A DNA stretch of 64,000 nucleotides from positions 50,158,001 through 50,222,000 of the forward strand of contig NC_135815.1 in the NCBI RefSeq assembly GCF_964213995.1. The letters run 5' to 3'. Every line of letters starts with the position of its first letter. The stretch's first letter is position 1. The position numbers and the translations under genes were made by a program. Source of the stretch: Mustelus asterias (Eukaryota). Below are positions 42,966-55,689 of this stretch, one piece after another. The notes under the pieces were generated by a model. It made no database searches. It saw nothing but the letters and a program-made list of their open reading frames with translations, and had not been told where the DNA came from.

Positions 42966-44860
42966 AACATAAGAACATAAGAACTAGGAGCAGGAGTAGG
43001 CCATCTGGCCCCTCGAGCCTGCTCCGCCATTCAATATGATCATGGCTGATATTTTCGTGGACTCAGCTCCACTTACCCGCCTGCTCACCATAACCCTTAA
43101 TTCCTTTACTGTTCAAAAATTTATCTATCCTTGCCTTAAAAACATTCAATGAGGTAGCCTCAACTGCTTCACTGGGCAGGGAATTCCTTAGATTCACAAC
43201 TCAGTCCTAAATCTGCTCCCCCTTATTTTGAGGCCATGCCCCCTAGTTTCACCTGCCAGTGGAAACAACTTCCCCGCTTCTATCTTATCTATTCCCTTCA
43301 TAATCTTATATGTTCTATAAGATCTCCCCTCATTCTTCTGAATTCCAATGAGTATAGCCCCAGTCTACTCAGTCTCTCCTCATAAGCCAACCCTCTCAAC
43401 TCCGGAGTCAACCTAGTGAATCTCCTCTGCACCCCCTCCAGTGCCAGTATATCCTTTCTCAAGAAAGGAGACCAAAACTGTACACAGTACTCCAGGTGTG
43501 GCCTCACCAGCATCTTATACAGCTGCAACATTACCTCGTTGTTTTTAAACTCCATCCCTCTAGAAATGAAGGACAAAATTCCATTTGTCTTCTTAATTAC
43601 CTGCTGCACCTGCAAACCAACTCCTTGTGATTCTTGCACAAGGACACCCAAGTTCCTCTGCACAGCAGCATGCTGCAATTTTTTACCATTTAAATAATAG
43701 TCCATTTTGCTGTTATTCCTACCAAAATGGATGACCTCACATTTACCAGCATTGTACTCCATCTGTCAGACCATTGCCCACTCACTTAGACTATCTATAT
43801 CCCTTTGCAGACTTTCAGCATCCTCTGCACACTTTGCTGTGACACTCATCTTAGTGTCATCTGTGAATTTTGACACACTACACTTGGTCCCCAATTCCAA
43901 ATCATCTATGTAAATCGTAAACAATTGCGGTCCCAACACTGATCCCTGAGGCACACCACTAGTCACTGATTGCCAACCAGAAAAACACCCATTTACCCCC
44001 AATCTTTGCTTTCTGTTAGTTAGCCAATCCTCTACCCATGCTAATACATTACCCGTAACACCGTGCATCTTCATCTTATGTAGCAGTCTGTGGTGCGGCA
44101 CCTTGTCAAATGCCTTCTGGAAATCCAGATACACCACATCCACAGGTTCCCCATTGTCCACTGCACATGTAATGTTTTAAAGAATTCCACCAAATTAGTC
44201 AAACATGACCTTTCCTTCATGAACCCATGCTGTGTCTTACCAATTGGACAATTTATATCCAAATGTCTCACTATTTCTTCCTTGATAATAAATTCAAGCA
44301 TTTTCCCTATTATAGAAGTTAAGCTAACCAGCCTATAGTTATCCGCCTTTTGTCCATCTCCTTTTTTAAACAGTGGCATCACATTTGCTGTTTTCCAATC
44401 TGCGGGAACCACCCCAGAGTCCACCGAATTTTGGTAAATTACCACTAGTGCATTTGCTATTTCTCCCACCATCTCTTTTAGTATCCTGGGATGCATTCCA
44501 TCAGGGCCAGGAGACTTGTTTATCTTTAGCCCCATTAACTTGCCCAACACTACCTCTTTCGTGATAGTGATAGTTTCTAGGTCCTCACCTGCCATAGTCT
44601 TCCAGTCATCAGTTTTTGGCATGTTATTTGTGTCTAATTGCGAAGGTCGACACAAAATACCTGTTCAATGCCTCAGCCATTTTCTCATTTCCAGTTATTA
44701 CATCCCCCTTCTCATCCTCTAAAGGACCAATGTTTACTTTAGCCACTCTTTTGTGTTTTATATATTTGTAGAAACTTTTGCTATCTGTTTTTATATTCTG
44801 AGCTAGTTTACTCTCATAATCCATCTTACTTTTCTTTTTACAATCTTTTTCCATCTTTTT
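42966..44860 (-). mobile_element. Relatively young 5'-truncated CR1 LINE
   Basis: Consecutive ORFs 44624-44854, 44071-44655, 43766-44161, 43298-43762 with CR1 RT motifs; (aacataag)n tail. Confidence 0.95.
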
Positions 44861-46130
44861 ACAACACTATCTGTGTATGGTCTTATCTTAAAATAAAGAA
44901 CCTGCATATGTTTCACCAATTCCTGCATGTAATTGGTGCATTTATGTTGAAGAGAAAATATAACATTATCCATTGCTGTTCTGGAACACTGACAAACAAT
45001 AATGGTGTCAAAACTAAAGAGCAAGGAGTGTAATGTATTCATATAAAACTGGGTAGGATTGTTGTTTTCTTGTGGCCCCACAATTCCTGCTGGGTCACTG
45101 TGCCACTGGAAGTGTGTTGCAGTGGGAATTCTGATCATTAACTCGTCCTGACACTGATCCGAACTCAAATCCCCCCAGTGATCGAGTTATTGGCATAAAG
45201 GGGACAGGCACCATGCCATTTTTGATCTTTCCTGAACATCTGCTCCATGTGCTGCCAGGAATTTCAGCTTCGTTTGCATCTCTATCAATGGGATAATGGG
45301 CAGGCTCATAGGTTAGAAAACTGTAAGACTTTCAAATATGTGCTAGTTTTAAACTTGCAGCTTTCCTATTGGAAATCAATCATTCTGGGATTGAATGGAT
45401 TTGGGAAAGCAGCATTCTAGAATCCACTTCTGCTATATTATCTTATGTGTAATTATATGCAGGCATACTTTCTGTGGTATGACAGAGAGCAGAACAGAGA
45501 TTATCCCACCTACTCTTCTCCACTTCTGACGTTAAACGTGGGTGGGCACAGAAAGTGCAGAACTAGATTCTAACTGAAATTTCTTTTCACAGCTCATAAA
45601 TTGGGAGAGAATTTGCTGTCAAAATAATAGTGAGGTTAATGATGTGAGCCCATACTTATATATAAATAGTACAGCAACTTCAAGCAAGGAGCAGAATGTG
45701 AAGTTAAATGAAAATATCCAAGAGTTGCTATCTGAGATTCACTAATCTGCTGTTAGCTTCTTGTAAACCTTAACTCACTGTCTACCTCATCACTAACTTA
45801 CACTGAATGTCATAAATCTTCTATATTTGCATGCTACATTATAATGAAACTCACTGAGATATTCAGAACTAGTTATTAGTAGTGCATATATCCTTTTAAC
45901 ATTAATTGTTAATCAACCTCTCTGGCACTGAAAATTAATTATGAACTATGATAGTAAGCATTATAATTCTTCCAGGTTTTGAAATTTTTGGAGATTTAAA
46001 AATAAGTATCGAATTGTACAATTTACTTTTTCCTTTTTCTAATTCTCTTTCTGTACCTGATCTAATGTTAAATTTACCATCTTTAAATCACCATCCTTCT
46101 CAGTCCTTAATCAGTCAAAATCACCTTCTC

Positions 46131-46330
46131 AGTCCAAAGATGTGCGGGTTAGGTTGATTGGCCATGCTAAAATTGCCCCTTAGTGTCCTGAGATGCATAG
46201 GTTAGAGGGATTAGTGGGTAAAATATGTAGGGATATGGGGGTAGGGCCTGGGTGGGATTGTGGTCGGTGCAGACTCGATGGGCCGAATGGCCTCTTTCTG
46301 TAGTGTAGGGTTTCTATGATTGATTTCTAT
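46131..46330 (+). mobile_element. HE1/V-type SINE 3' half
   Basis: Matches 31780-31972. Confidence 0.85.
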
Positions 46331-47149
46331 GATTAATTGTTGATTCCCAATCCTTAAATCTAACTGGTTAAAGGATACCCTGTTGATTGCACTGTTTAGA
46401 TGTTCTATTTCACTCACTGCAGTACTTAACAGCTCAACTTTCAGCAACATTACAAGCAAATGTTTTTGAATTTAAGCATACAAGGATAATCCCAATTAAT
46501 GGAAAATGCTGTGAGATGTCTTGCTACAGGAAATTTTGATTTTCTGTGGGTTTAAAGGAATTTGTAATTTGGGACTCAAGCATTGGTTTTACCTGCAAGT
46601 ATTGGGAAGAAATGATAATCAGGTTTTGAGAGAAATGTTTGTTCTAAATGAAACAATGTTCAGATGATGGGCTAGCTTTGTGTCTGATCTGAAGTATTGG
46701 AAGATGACCAACTGTCTTGGATTTTCCAGCATAATCCCATAATTAGGATTCCTGTCCTGAGTGTGGGCTTCCTGGGGTACCATTTGTCCCAGATTCCTCC
46801 AGCAGCGAGTGAGGAGGCTGCTCAGAGTATACGTGCATGTACATTGTGTTGCTGTACATGCACAGTCCGGGTCCAGCACAGTGCCCAAGCGCAGACACTC
46901 AGCCACGAGGGAGCAGCAGCATTGGTCTGCACTTTCCTATTGAGTTGTCTGGTTTTGGCAAGTGGGTGGGAGTCCGAAGACGGTTTCCAGCAGCAGGATA
47001 GAGGGCTCCAGTGGTGGCAGTGGCAACTCTTAAGCCTTACTTGGTAGGAGGGGTGCAGTGGAAAATCCAATTCCAAAATCGGGATGGTGGTAGTGATATC
47101 AATGATACTCTTGAGGCCTGAGTCCAGGGCGGGTTCAGTTCTGCCAGGT

Positions 47150-47580
47150 CCAAATAGCTCTGGCAGGCTTGGGGAAGTAAGCTCCTAGAAGATCTGAAGG
47201 GGAAGGGAGTGGTTTGGGCAAGTCTGAGGGGATCACAAGAAGACCTGATTTTGATTGGGGGGGGAATGGGGGAGTTCTAGGTGTGTCTGATTTTGAGGGA
47301 AGTCTGGGCAGACCTGAGGGGATGGTGGGCGGGTGACCCGGGCAGTCCTGAGGGGGTGGGAGGGAGGCCTGGGCAGACCTGAGGGGATGGTGGGAGGGAG
47401 GTCCAAGCAGGCCTAGAGGATCTGGTAGGCCTCAGGCAGAAGGAAGCTCCAGGAGGCCAAAGGAGTCCAGGCAGGCCTGAGGTGGGTGGGGATGGGGGTG
47501 AATAGGCCTGAAGGGGTCTGGTAAGCCTGATTTTCAAGGGGGTGGTCCATTTCCGGGGGGGGGGGGGAGAGGGGAGCGAC
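47150..47580. repeat. G-rich degenerate tandem repeat (gcagacctgaggggatggtggg-like) and poly-G upstream of PRORSD1
   Basis: Repeated CTGAGGGG/GGTGGG units and a long G run at about 47555. Confidence 0.7.
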
Positions 47581-47916
47581 TGAGGTTAGGTGTCCAGGTT
47601 GGCTGCTCCCAGGATATACTCAGCAGCCACCCACTCTAGTGTCTATTATTTCTCCCCCAGTAGTTGGTCACTTGCACACAGATTCTTATTACATCTTCAT
47701 GTTGAAGGATGAATCCACCCTGCCCACAACTGGGGTCCAGGCCTGAAATGTTAATCATTTGTTTTTGCTCCTTCCATAGATACCCAGCGATGTGTTTCTG
47801 TTTTTAAAAATACTAATCATTGGAATTAACGACATTAAAATTAGGGAAGTCTTGGATTCAAGGCCTAAATGCAAGCTTTGGGTAACAGAGACAAGGGCAG
47901 TGCAGCAAGAGTTGAG

Positions 47917-47928
47917 TGCGCATGGGCA
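47917..47928 (+). promoter_or_regulatory. NRF1-like site TGCGCATGGGCA in the PRORSD1 proximal promoter
   Basis: 11/12 match to TGCGCATGCGCA, about 45 bp upstream of the ATG in CpG-enriched sequence. Confidence 0.4.
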
Positions 47929-47971
47929 GCACAAGTTGCGACGTGGTTTCAGTTGGAGCAGAGAGTGGGAA

Positions 47972-48055
47972 ATGGCCTCGGCTGAGCTGCGGAAAGAGCT
48001 GGAGGAGTATCTGAAAGGGCTGAATATCGACACCGTGTGTGAGGAACACCCAGAG
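47972..48055 (+). CDS. PRORSD1: PRORSD1 exon 1 (MASAELRKELEEYLKGLNIDTVCEEHPE)
   Basis: Kozak gaaATGG, donor GAG|gtgaga; joins in phase 0 to give the ProX-type HPEVFTVE motif. Confidence 0.9.
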
Positions 48056-50137
48056 GTGAGAAGCAGGAGAGCCGCTGCCTCCCGGAGCGCCAGCTGCTCA
48101 AGGGGAACACTTTACACTTATTCAAATCAAAGGGAACGCGCTGCACTGCAACCTCTTCAAACACTTGTTCATGGGTCCCGCGATCTTCAAAATTATGTAG
48201 CTTTTCTTGTTAATGCAGTGAATTCAAGGGAAACTATTGTGCCGAGTGTTTAGAATGCGGAACTTGCTATTGTGAGGAGATGAGGTGAACAGGATAGATA
48301 CATTTTAAGGAGAAGTTAGATGAAAAAGAAAGGAATATTTGATGGCATTGGGTAAAGGGGGATAGCTAGGAGAATGCTTGTGTGGAGCATAAACATCGAT
48401 ATGGACATGTTGGCCTATTTCTGTTCATTTGTGACACATTTAACTATGTTATTAACTGGCATCAGCTTGATTGGGCTTAACAGATGTCATAAAGTACTCA
48501 TATCAACTTGTTCAGTATTCTATTCACAAGTATTTTTCCTAGTATCCCTTTCCTGAATGCCAGCAGCCAAAGAATGCAGGAGGGTATGTAATATTCCCCA
48601 AAAGGCAGATAACCAATCACTGGAGTAACATTTCCACATATGCCATGGCTGTATTTTGTAAGTGAATTTCTTGTTGTTGCATGTTGTTTTAAAGTGACAC
48701 TTTCCACTTTATGGAAAAATCCACATCCATAAAGTGAGAACAAATTATTCAGATAAGAAAGCATGGTGGATTTGCCGTGGTTCCCCGTGGACGGCAAGAA
48801 GAGTTTGTCAATCAGAATAGAGAGTCTGAGTCTTGATCTTCCAGGCAGCAAGGCTTTATTTGCTAATACAAGTCAACAAAGCCGGGATTTCCGGATGAAT
48901 CCAAAGAACCAGCGCACTTACAGCCATTTTTATACATTTGTTAGCTTCATACCTCATCATTCTTATCTCACAGTCAAGGCTATTCTTGCAGACCCCAAGG
49001 CCACTTTTCGTTAGCCACCATGGTTTACTAGACCTATGTTATCTGCCTTTTCTCTGATTGGTCACCAATGAATATGCTATGATATCATTGTGGTTCCATC
49101 TTGCCTTCCTATCTGAAGTTTATTATCTAATCAGCCAAGGTTGTTGTTTGTTCAACCATTGTGGGGCATCCTGCTATGCCAAGACTTTTTAAAAGATGTG
49201 TGTTTCTTAGGTTTTAGGAAATTACTTTCAGCTTCTGTGTGTTTGCTTGACTTCTTTTAGCCTTCATGTTCATTCATGTGAGTATCTATGTGTACTGGCC
49301 TGGTAAGGTATTGTGCACTTAAAAGGGTACAAGTGTATGCTTAATAAAATATGTGATGATACATGAGAACTTCTTAGGTAGTGATTATCTCTTCTATGTT
49401 AATTATTATCTCCTACTTGCCCTAATAATTATTCCTTCCAATATATGTTGTCTTAATGATTATTCCTTACAGATTCTCAATATAAACACCAGTTGAAGAA
49501 GTTTTGCTTGAAAAATCAAAATTTACAACCTGGTGAATCTGGGATCCACTGATCAAGTTGCAGCAAAAAAAACTTATTGTTCATCAAAAAGTCACTGCAA
49601 AAGTTAGACAATATTCTGGCTGTCTTCAGTATTGAAGAATGAATGACAACCTATTGTCTGCGATTAACAGTTTAATAAATAATAATGGGCCTGACCTGGT
49701 TTTTACTGTAATTGGGGAAAAGTAGATGCCACTTCTGATTGCATTGCTGATTGTTTGAAGTAGGCTGTCATGTCCTTTCTTGAGAATGAATTTAAACTGT
49801 CATGGGTTGATATATTTTTCTGTGTAATTCAACTTATGTGGCTTGTACCATACCTGTGTACAGTTAAATATAAAATTGCAGCAATTTGTATTTTTAATGG
49901 CATCTCAAAATTTGTGTATTGTACAGTAAAGTCAGCCATGACTTTAAACCACAACTACTGTTATGGGAGCATACTCATTTTTACCAAATGCTCATCATCT
50001 AGGCTCGACTGAAGAAGTATTTGAAAGCCAGTTACTCATTAAAGTAAAACAAATCAATGTGAGATTCTTAGGAGGGTAAGTACATTGAAAGCTCTCCTCC
50101 TACCCATCAAAATTTCCTTTCAATATTAGTGTTAAAA

Positions 50138-50870
50138 ATAACTTATTTATAAAGTGCCATTAAAGTAATGAAATATCTCAGGCACTTCTCAGGAGTGTTA
50201 TTAAAGAAAGTATGATACCAAGCCACATAAGGAAATATTAGATCAGATTATCAAAAACTCGGTCGAAAAAGAAGGCTTTAAGAAATGTCTTAAAAGAAGC
50301 AAGCACAGTAAAGCAATATGGGAGGGAATTCCAAGCTTAGGGTCTAACTGAAGGCACAGCCACTAAGGGATGGAGCAATTATGATTTGGAAATGCGCAAG
50401 AGCCCAGAATTAAAGGAATGCAGTGCAGATATCTCAGAGTTGTGAGGCTGAAGATGGGGAGGTGCAAGGCCATGGGGAGATTTGAAAACAAGGATGCGAA
50501 TTTTAAACTCAAGTGGTTGCTTGACTGGGAGCCAATGAAGGTCAGCAAGCACAGAGAAGGGAACGTAACTTGCTGTGCACAGCAAGGATTGGGGTGCCGT
50601 TAGGTTTATGGAGGGTGGAATGTGGGAGACTAGCCAGGAGGGTGTTGGAGTACTTGAGTCTCGAGGTAATGAAAGCATGGCTGAGGGTTTCAGCAGCAGA
50701 TGAGCTGAGATGGGGACAAACTTTAGCGATATTACAGAGGTGGAAATAGGTGGTCTTAGAGATGATCAGAAGTTCATCTCAGGATCAACTGTAACGGTTG
50801 CAAAAAAACTGGCTTAATTTCAGGTTGCTGCCAGGGAAGGAGATGGAGTAAGTATTTAGGAAATGAAGTT
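50138..50870 (-). mobile_element. L2 LINE 3' fragment in the PRORSD1 intron
   Basis: LADLHWLPVKQPLEFKIRILVFKS motif typical of the L2 ORF2 C-terminus. Confidence 0.8.
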
Positions 50871-50876
50871 TGAATT

Positions 50877-51222
50877 ATAGAATCCCTACAGTGCAGCAGG
50901 AGGCCATTCGGCCCATTGAGTCTGCACTGATTCTTTGAGAGAGAATCTTACGCAGGCCCTATTCCTGCAACCCCATGTATTTACTCTACTAATCCCCCTA
51001 ACATACACATCTTGGGACATTACGGGGCAATTTAGCATGGCCAATCCACCTAACCTGCACATCTTTGGACTGTGGGAGGAAACCGGAGCACCCAGAGGAA
51101 ACCCTTGCAGACACTGGGAGAACATGCAAACTCCACACAGACAGTGACTCAAGGCCGGAATTGAACCTGGGTTCCTGACACTGTGAGGCAACACTGCTAA
51201 CCACTGTGCCACCATGCTGCCC
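50877..51222 (-). mobile_element. HE1/V-type SINE
   Basis: Head, core and tail as in other copies. Confidence 0.88.
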
Positions 51223-53181
51223 TATAGTTTCGATTAAAATGCTGAACATTACTGAAAAGATTAAATTAAACTATCTCATTTTGCTGTGGCATTTCTACAG
51301 TCAGAGAATACATTCTCTTAATTTTTCTGTTGCTCTTGTTTTGCTGGTTGTGTGTCAACTTTTCTGCTGGTCTCTTTTGCATTTCCTGCTTCTTTCTCTT
51401 TAAACTTTGTTTGCTTCTAACTGCCCTCTTCACCATGTCTCTTGTTTTCTTTCCTTTTGGGAGGGTGATGTAGCAGGGAAAGTTACCACTGAGAATGGCA
51501 GGCTGCATTAGTCTTTCGAAAATGTGGCCTGCAACTACAGACAGTCCCCTCCTGCCCCATGCTACCTCGCTTCCAACCTACCTATTTGCCTTCTATTGAT
51601 GCTCTTTATGTGAGTGTTATGCTGGTGACTTTAAATTTTGAAAAGCATCTGATAAACTGCAGCAGTTCATTTAGTTAAATGACACTCAGCAAGCAGCATA
51701 TGCTCAGAAGCACCTGAGGCCCTCGAGTAAAAGGATGAATGAAAGCATTAAAAGTCAAAAGTCATGGCACTTTTTATTTCACACAAAATAATTAGGAACA
51801 GGAATAGGCCATTCAGCCCCTCACGTTTACTGCACCATTTGATAAGATTATGGCTGATCTAATTATGGCCTCAACTCCATTTTCCTGACTCCCCTCCATA
51901 AACCTTGACTCCCTTGTCAAGCAAAAAATCTGTAACTCATGCTTGATAAATGACCCAGCATCCACTGTTCTCTGGGGAAGAAAACTCCCCCGACTAATGA
52001 TCTGCTGAGAGAAAAGATATCTCCTCATCTCAGTCTTAAATGGGAGACCCTTTATTTTTAAACAATGTCTCCTGGTTCTAGACCTCTCCACAGAGGAAGC
52101 ATCCTTTCAGCACCTACCCTGTCAAATCCTATCTTGTATGTTTCAATAAAATCACACCTCATTCTTCTAAACTCTAATGTGTTCAACCTGCTCAACCTTT
52201 CCTCATAAGCTCATTCCTTCATCCCAGGAATCAGTCAAGGGAAATTCATTCTCTGCAGGTGGATGAGATTGGTATGGCTGGCATTTATTGCCCATCCCTA
52301 GTTGCCCTAAGAAGGTGGTGGTGGACCACTTTCTTGAATGACAGCTGCATAAAGTTTATAGCACAGGCCACGTGACCCAGCTGATCCGTGCCAGTGCATG
52401 CATCTTTGTCATGATGTGATACAACTGAATAGCTTGCAAGGCCACTTCAGAGGGTAGTTCAGAATCAATCACAATGGTGTGTGGGATTGGAGTCACACCC
52501 AGCCAATCTGGGTAAGGATGGCAAATCAAACCAGTGGGATTCTACATCAATCTGACAGAATTAGAGTGATTTTTACCGATACAAACTTCTTCTTTCTAGA
52601 TCTTTTAAAATGTAATTCAAATTCTCAAATTGCCATGGTGGGATTTTTAATTCATATTCTGTTAATTATTAATCCAGTAACATAATCACTCATTCTAATC
52701 TATATTAAAAGGCATTTGAGGTTTCAGTCACTGAGAGCAAATGGTGGCAATATTTTTTTCTGAAAGATTTTGAGTGATTTGCAGGCAAAGGATAATATAG
52801 CGCCACGTTGTGTTGGTACAGGGAATCACGATAAACCAGAGATGAGATTAACACTGGAAATCTGAGTGCATTGTCACCTACAGGAATTGCAGCGGAATGT
52901 AACAGACTCTTTCCTAGTGGAATTTCCACATGTAGTGATTACATAGCATTTTCAAGGGACCATACAAGAATTCTAAGATAATATTGGTTGATCTTCCCAG
53001 CAGTGCGCATGGGGATTCAAGAGCAATTGTATCCTTCAGGTGAAGTAGGTTCAGGACAAGTGAGTATTGGACGAGAGTTCACAATTTTAAAATTTCTACA
53101 TTTTATTCTTCTTTATATATTTCCTTTTATAAATTAACGTGTCAACATATATAATGGAAACTTGTCATGCTGTAATTAGAA

Positions 53182-54240
53182 AGATAGAAAATAGGAGCAG
53201 GAGGAAGCCATTTGGCCCTTCGAGCCTGCTCTGCCGTTCATTATGATCATGGCTGATCATCCAACTCAATAGCCTGATCCCGCTTTCGCCTCAAGTGCTA
53301 TATCTAACTGCTTCTTGAAAACATACAATGTTTTGGACTGAACTACTTTCTGTGGTAGTGAATTCCACAGGCTGACTACTCTCTGGGTGAAGAAATTTCT
53401 CCTCATCTCTGTCCTAAACAGTCTACCCTGTATCCTCAGATTGTGACCCCTGGTTCTGGACACCCCACACCATCGGGAACATTCTTCTTGTCTAGTTCTG
53501 TTAAAGATTTTATAGGTTTCTGTGCAATCCTTCATTCTTCTGAACTCCAGCAAATACAATCCTAACCGACTCAATCTCTCCTCATACATCAGTACTGCCA
53601 TCCCAGTAATCAGTCGGATAAACCTTCTCTGCACTGCCTTTAGAGCAATCTTCCTCAGATAACGAGACCAGAACTGCACACAGTATTCCAGGTGTAGCCT
53701 CCCAAGGCCATATATAATTGCATCAAGACATCCCTGCCCCTGTATTTGAATCTTCTCGCTATGAAGGCCAACATACCATGAGCCTTTTTTACTGCCTGCT
53801 GCACCTGCATGCTTACCTTCAGTGACTGGTGTACGAGGACCCCCAGGTCTTGTTGCACATTCCTCTCTCCTAATTTATGGTCATTTAGCTAATAATCTGC
53901 CCTCCTGTTTCTGCTACTGATGTGGATAACCTCACATTTAATCAAATTATACTGCATCTGCCATTCATTTGCCCACTCACTCAACTTGTCTAAACCACAC
54001 TGAAGGACCTCTGCATCCTCCTCACAGCTCATCCTCCTATCCAGCTTTGTATCATCTGCAAATTTGGAGATATTGCATTTAGTTCCCTCATCTAAATCAT
54101 TAATATATATATAGTGAAGAGATGGGATCCCAGCAATGATCCCTTCCAAACCCCACTAGTCACTGCCTGCCAGTTGGAAAAAGACCCGTTTATTCTTACT
54201 TTGTTTCCTGTCTGCCATTTTCTATCCATCTTAATACACT
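53182..54240 (-). mobile_element. CR1 LINE fragment in the PRORSD1 intron
   Basis: ISKFADDTK, YEERLSRLGL, RNFFTQRVV motifs. Confidence 0.9.
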
Positions 54241-54495
54241 ATCCCAATACACAATACCACCTCGATATACCAATTGCACTCTCTTTCCAACCCCTCCATT
54301 AGAATAAGTATGTCATTACAGTTAACAGGTTTATTTAGGCTATTTCCATTATAAAAATATATTGGAAATTGGATGACAGAAGGTGAGTGCAAACAATTAA
54401 TTCATTGGCTTCCCTGTAGAACTATTTGGTTTATAAATTTGAATGTTATATCCCTCAAAACTTAAATTATTTTTAATTTTAAATTTTTTTTGTAG

Positions 54496-54924
54496 GTATT
54501 CACAGTTGAAGCCATGATGCCTTATGTACAACACCTTAAAGGGGCACACAGTAAGAATTTGTTTCTCAAAGACAAGAAGAAAAAGAGCTTATGGTTGGTG
54601 ACAGTTTTACACAACAGACAAGTCAACTTGAATGACCTAGCGAAGAAGCTGGGGTGTGGAAGTGGAAATCTGCGCTTTGCAGATGAAGGGATAATGCTGG
54701 AAAAACTGAAAGTTGGTCAAGGTTGCGCAACACCACTTGCTTTGTTTTGTGATAAACAAGGGGATGTAAAATTTGTTTTGGATTCAAACTTTGTGGATGG
54801 AGGACATGAGAGACTCTATTTTCATCCAATGATTAATTCAGCCACTATGGGTATTAAGCCTGTAGACTTTTTGCATTTTGTAAAGGAAACAGGTCATGAA
54901 CCTACAATTCTAAATTTTGATTAA
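54496..54924 (+). CDS. PRORSD1: PRORSD1 exon 2; prolyl-tRNA synthetase-associated domain protein (YbaK/ProX family, ProXp-ala-like Ala-tRNA(Pro) deacylase), 170 aa total
   Basis: T-rich acceptor tgtag|GTA; motifs HSKNLFLKDKK, LRFA, GCATPLAL, FHPMINSAT; TAA stop; position next to MTIF2 as in mammals. Confidence 0.95.
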   Translation, partial: VFTVEAMMPYVQHLKGAHSKNLFLKDKKKKSLWLVTVLHNRQVNLNDLAKKLGCGSGNLRFADEGIMLEKLKVGQGCATPLALFCDKQGDVKFVLDSNFVDGGHERLYFHPMINSATMGIKPVDFLHFVKETGHEPTILNFD

Positions 54925-55689
54925 AAATAGAGACAAAAGTTTAGATAAACAGACTTGCATCTAATTTTTACAGTAACATGTTTGAAATTGGCATTGTGGT
55001 AAATACTTCCTCTAAATGTTTTAAAAACTTTAGCCTGGGCTCCCATCATTGTAATGGAAGAGTATCATCATCTCAAAATGTATTGATTACCTGCTATATA
55101 ATGTCTTTTACCACCAATTATTTAAATATCTGGAAAGAATTGCTTACAACAAACTTGAAACACAATTTCTGCTCCAAAATCAGAAAGCATCTTCTAGTGT
55201 GTCACTGTGACAGTTTTCCATTTTCCACAATATTCAACTTGGAGATTCCTGATTGAGAGGACCAGATTTTCATGGTCCCAATTGGGACCAAATGGAGGTA
55301 GGACTAAAGAAAAGAGGCCACTACTAATGGATTTATCATCCACAAAATAGCATTGGACAACTGAATTTCTATAACTAATAAATTCCTGTTCCTCAACTCA
55401 GATTGATGATTGAATTTACACTCGTGAAGAAGCCTCACCATTCCAGTTTGTTCAGTGACATTTCCCTTTTGACATTATATAGCATTCACTTGATCATCTT
55501 CCACTTCTTATTCCATGTACCATAGCAAACGGGATCAAGCTGAGTATTCTAGTCATTTCCAATCTTAAAACATATTTTATAGGTATTATCCATTGACGTT
55601 CACAGTATATTTAATGTAAATACAGTTTTAAAAAAAAAATCACTGCAAAATCTTATTGCATCAATTCAACCAGACAAGAAAATCTGCTG

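Noticed and set aside
47792-48253. 153-aa standalone ORF
   Set aside because: Only 47972-48055 is coding (PRORSD1 exon 1); the rest is open frame in promoter/UTR and intron
48764-49440. Solo LTR (also considered for about 14940-15676)
   Set aside because: LTR-like composition but no matching TSD or second copy could be verified
54514-54924. Intronless bacterial proX/ybaK gene (HGT or contamination) or retrogene
   Set aside because: Has a canonical acceptor and an in-phase upstream exon at 47972-48055, with vertebrate synteny to MTIF2
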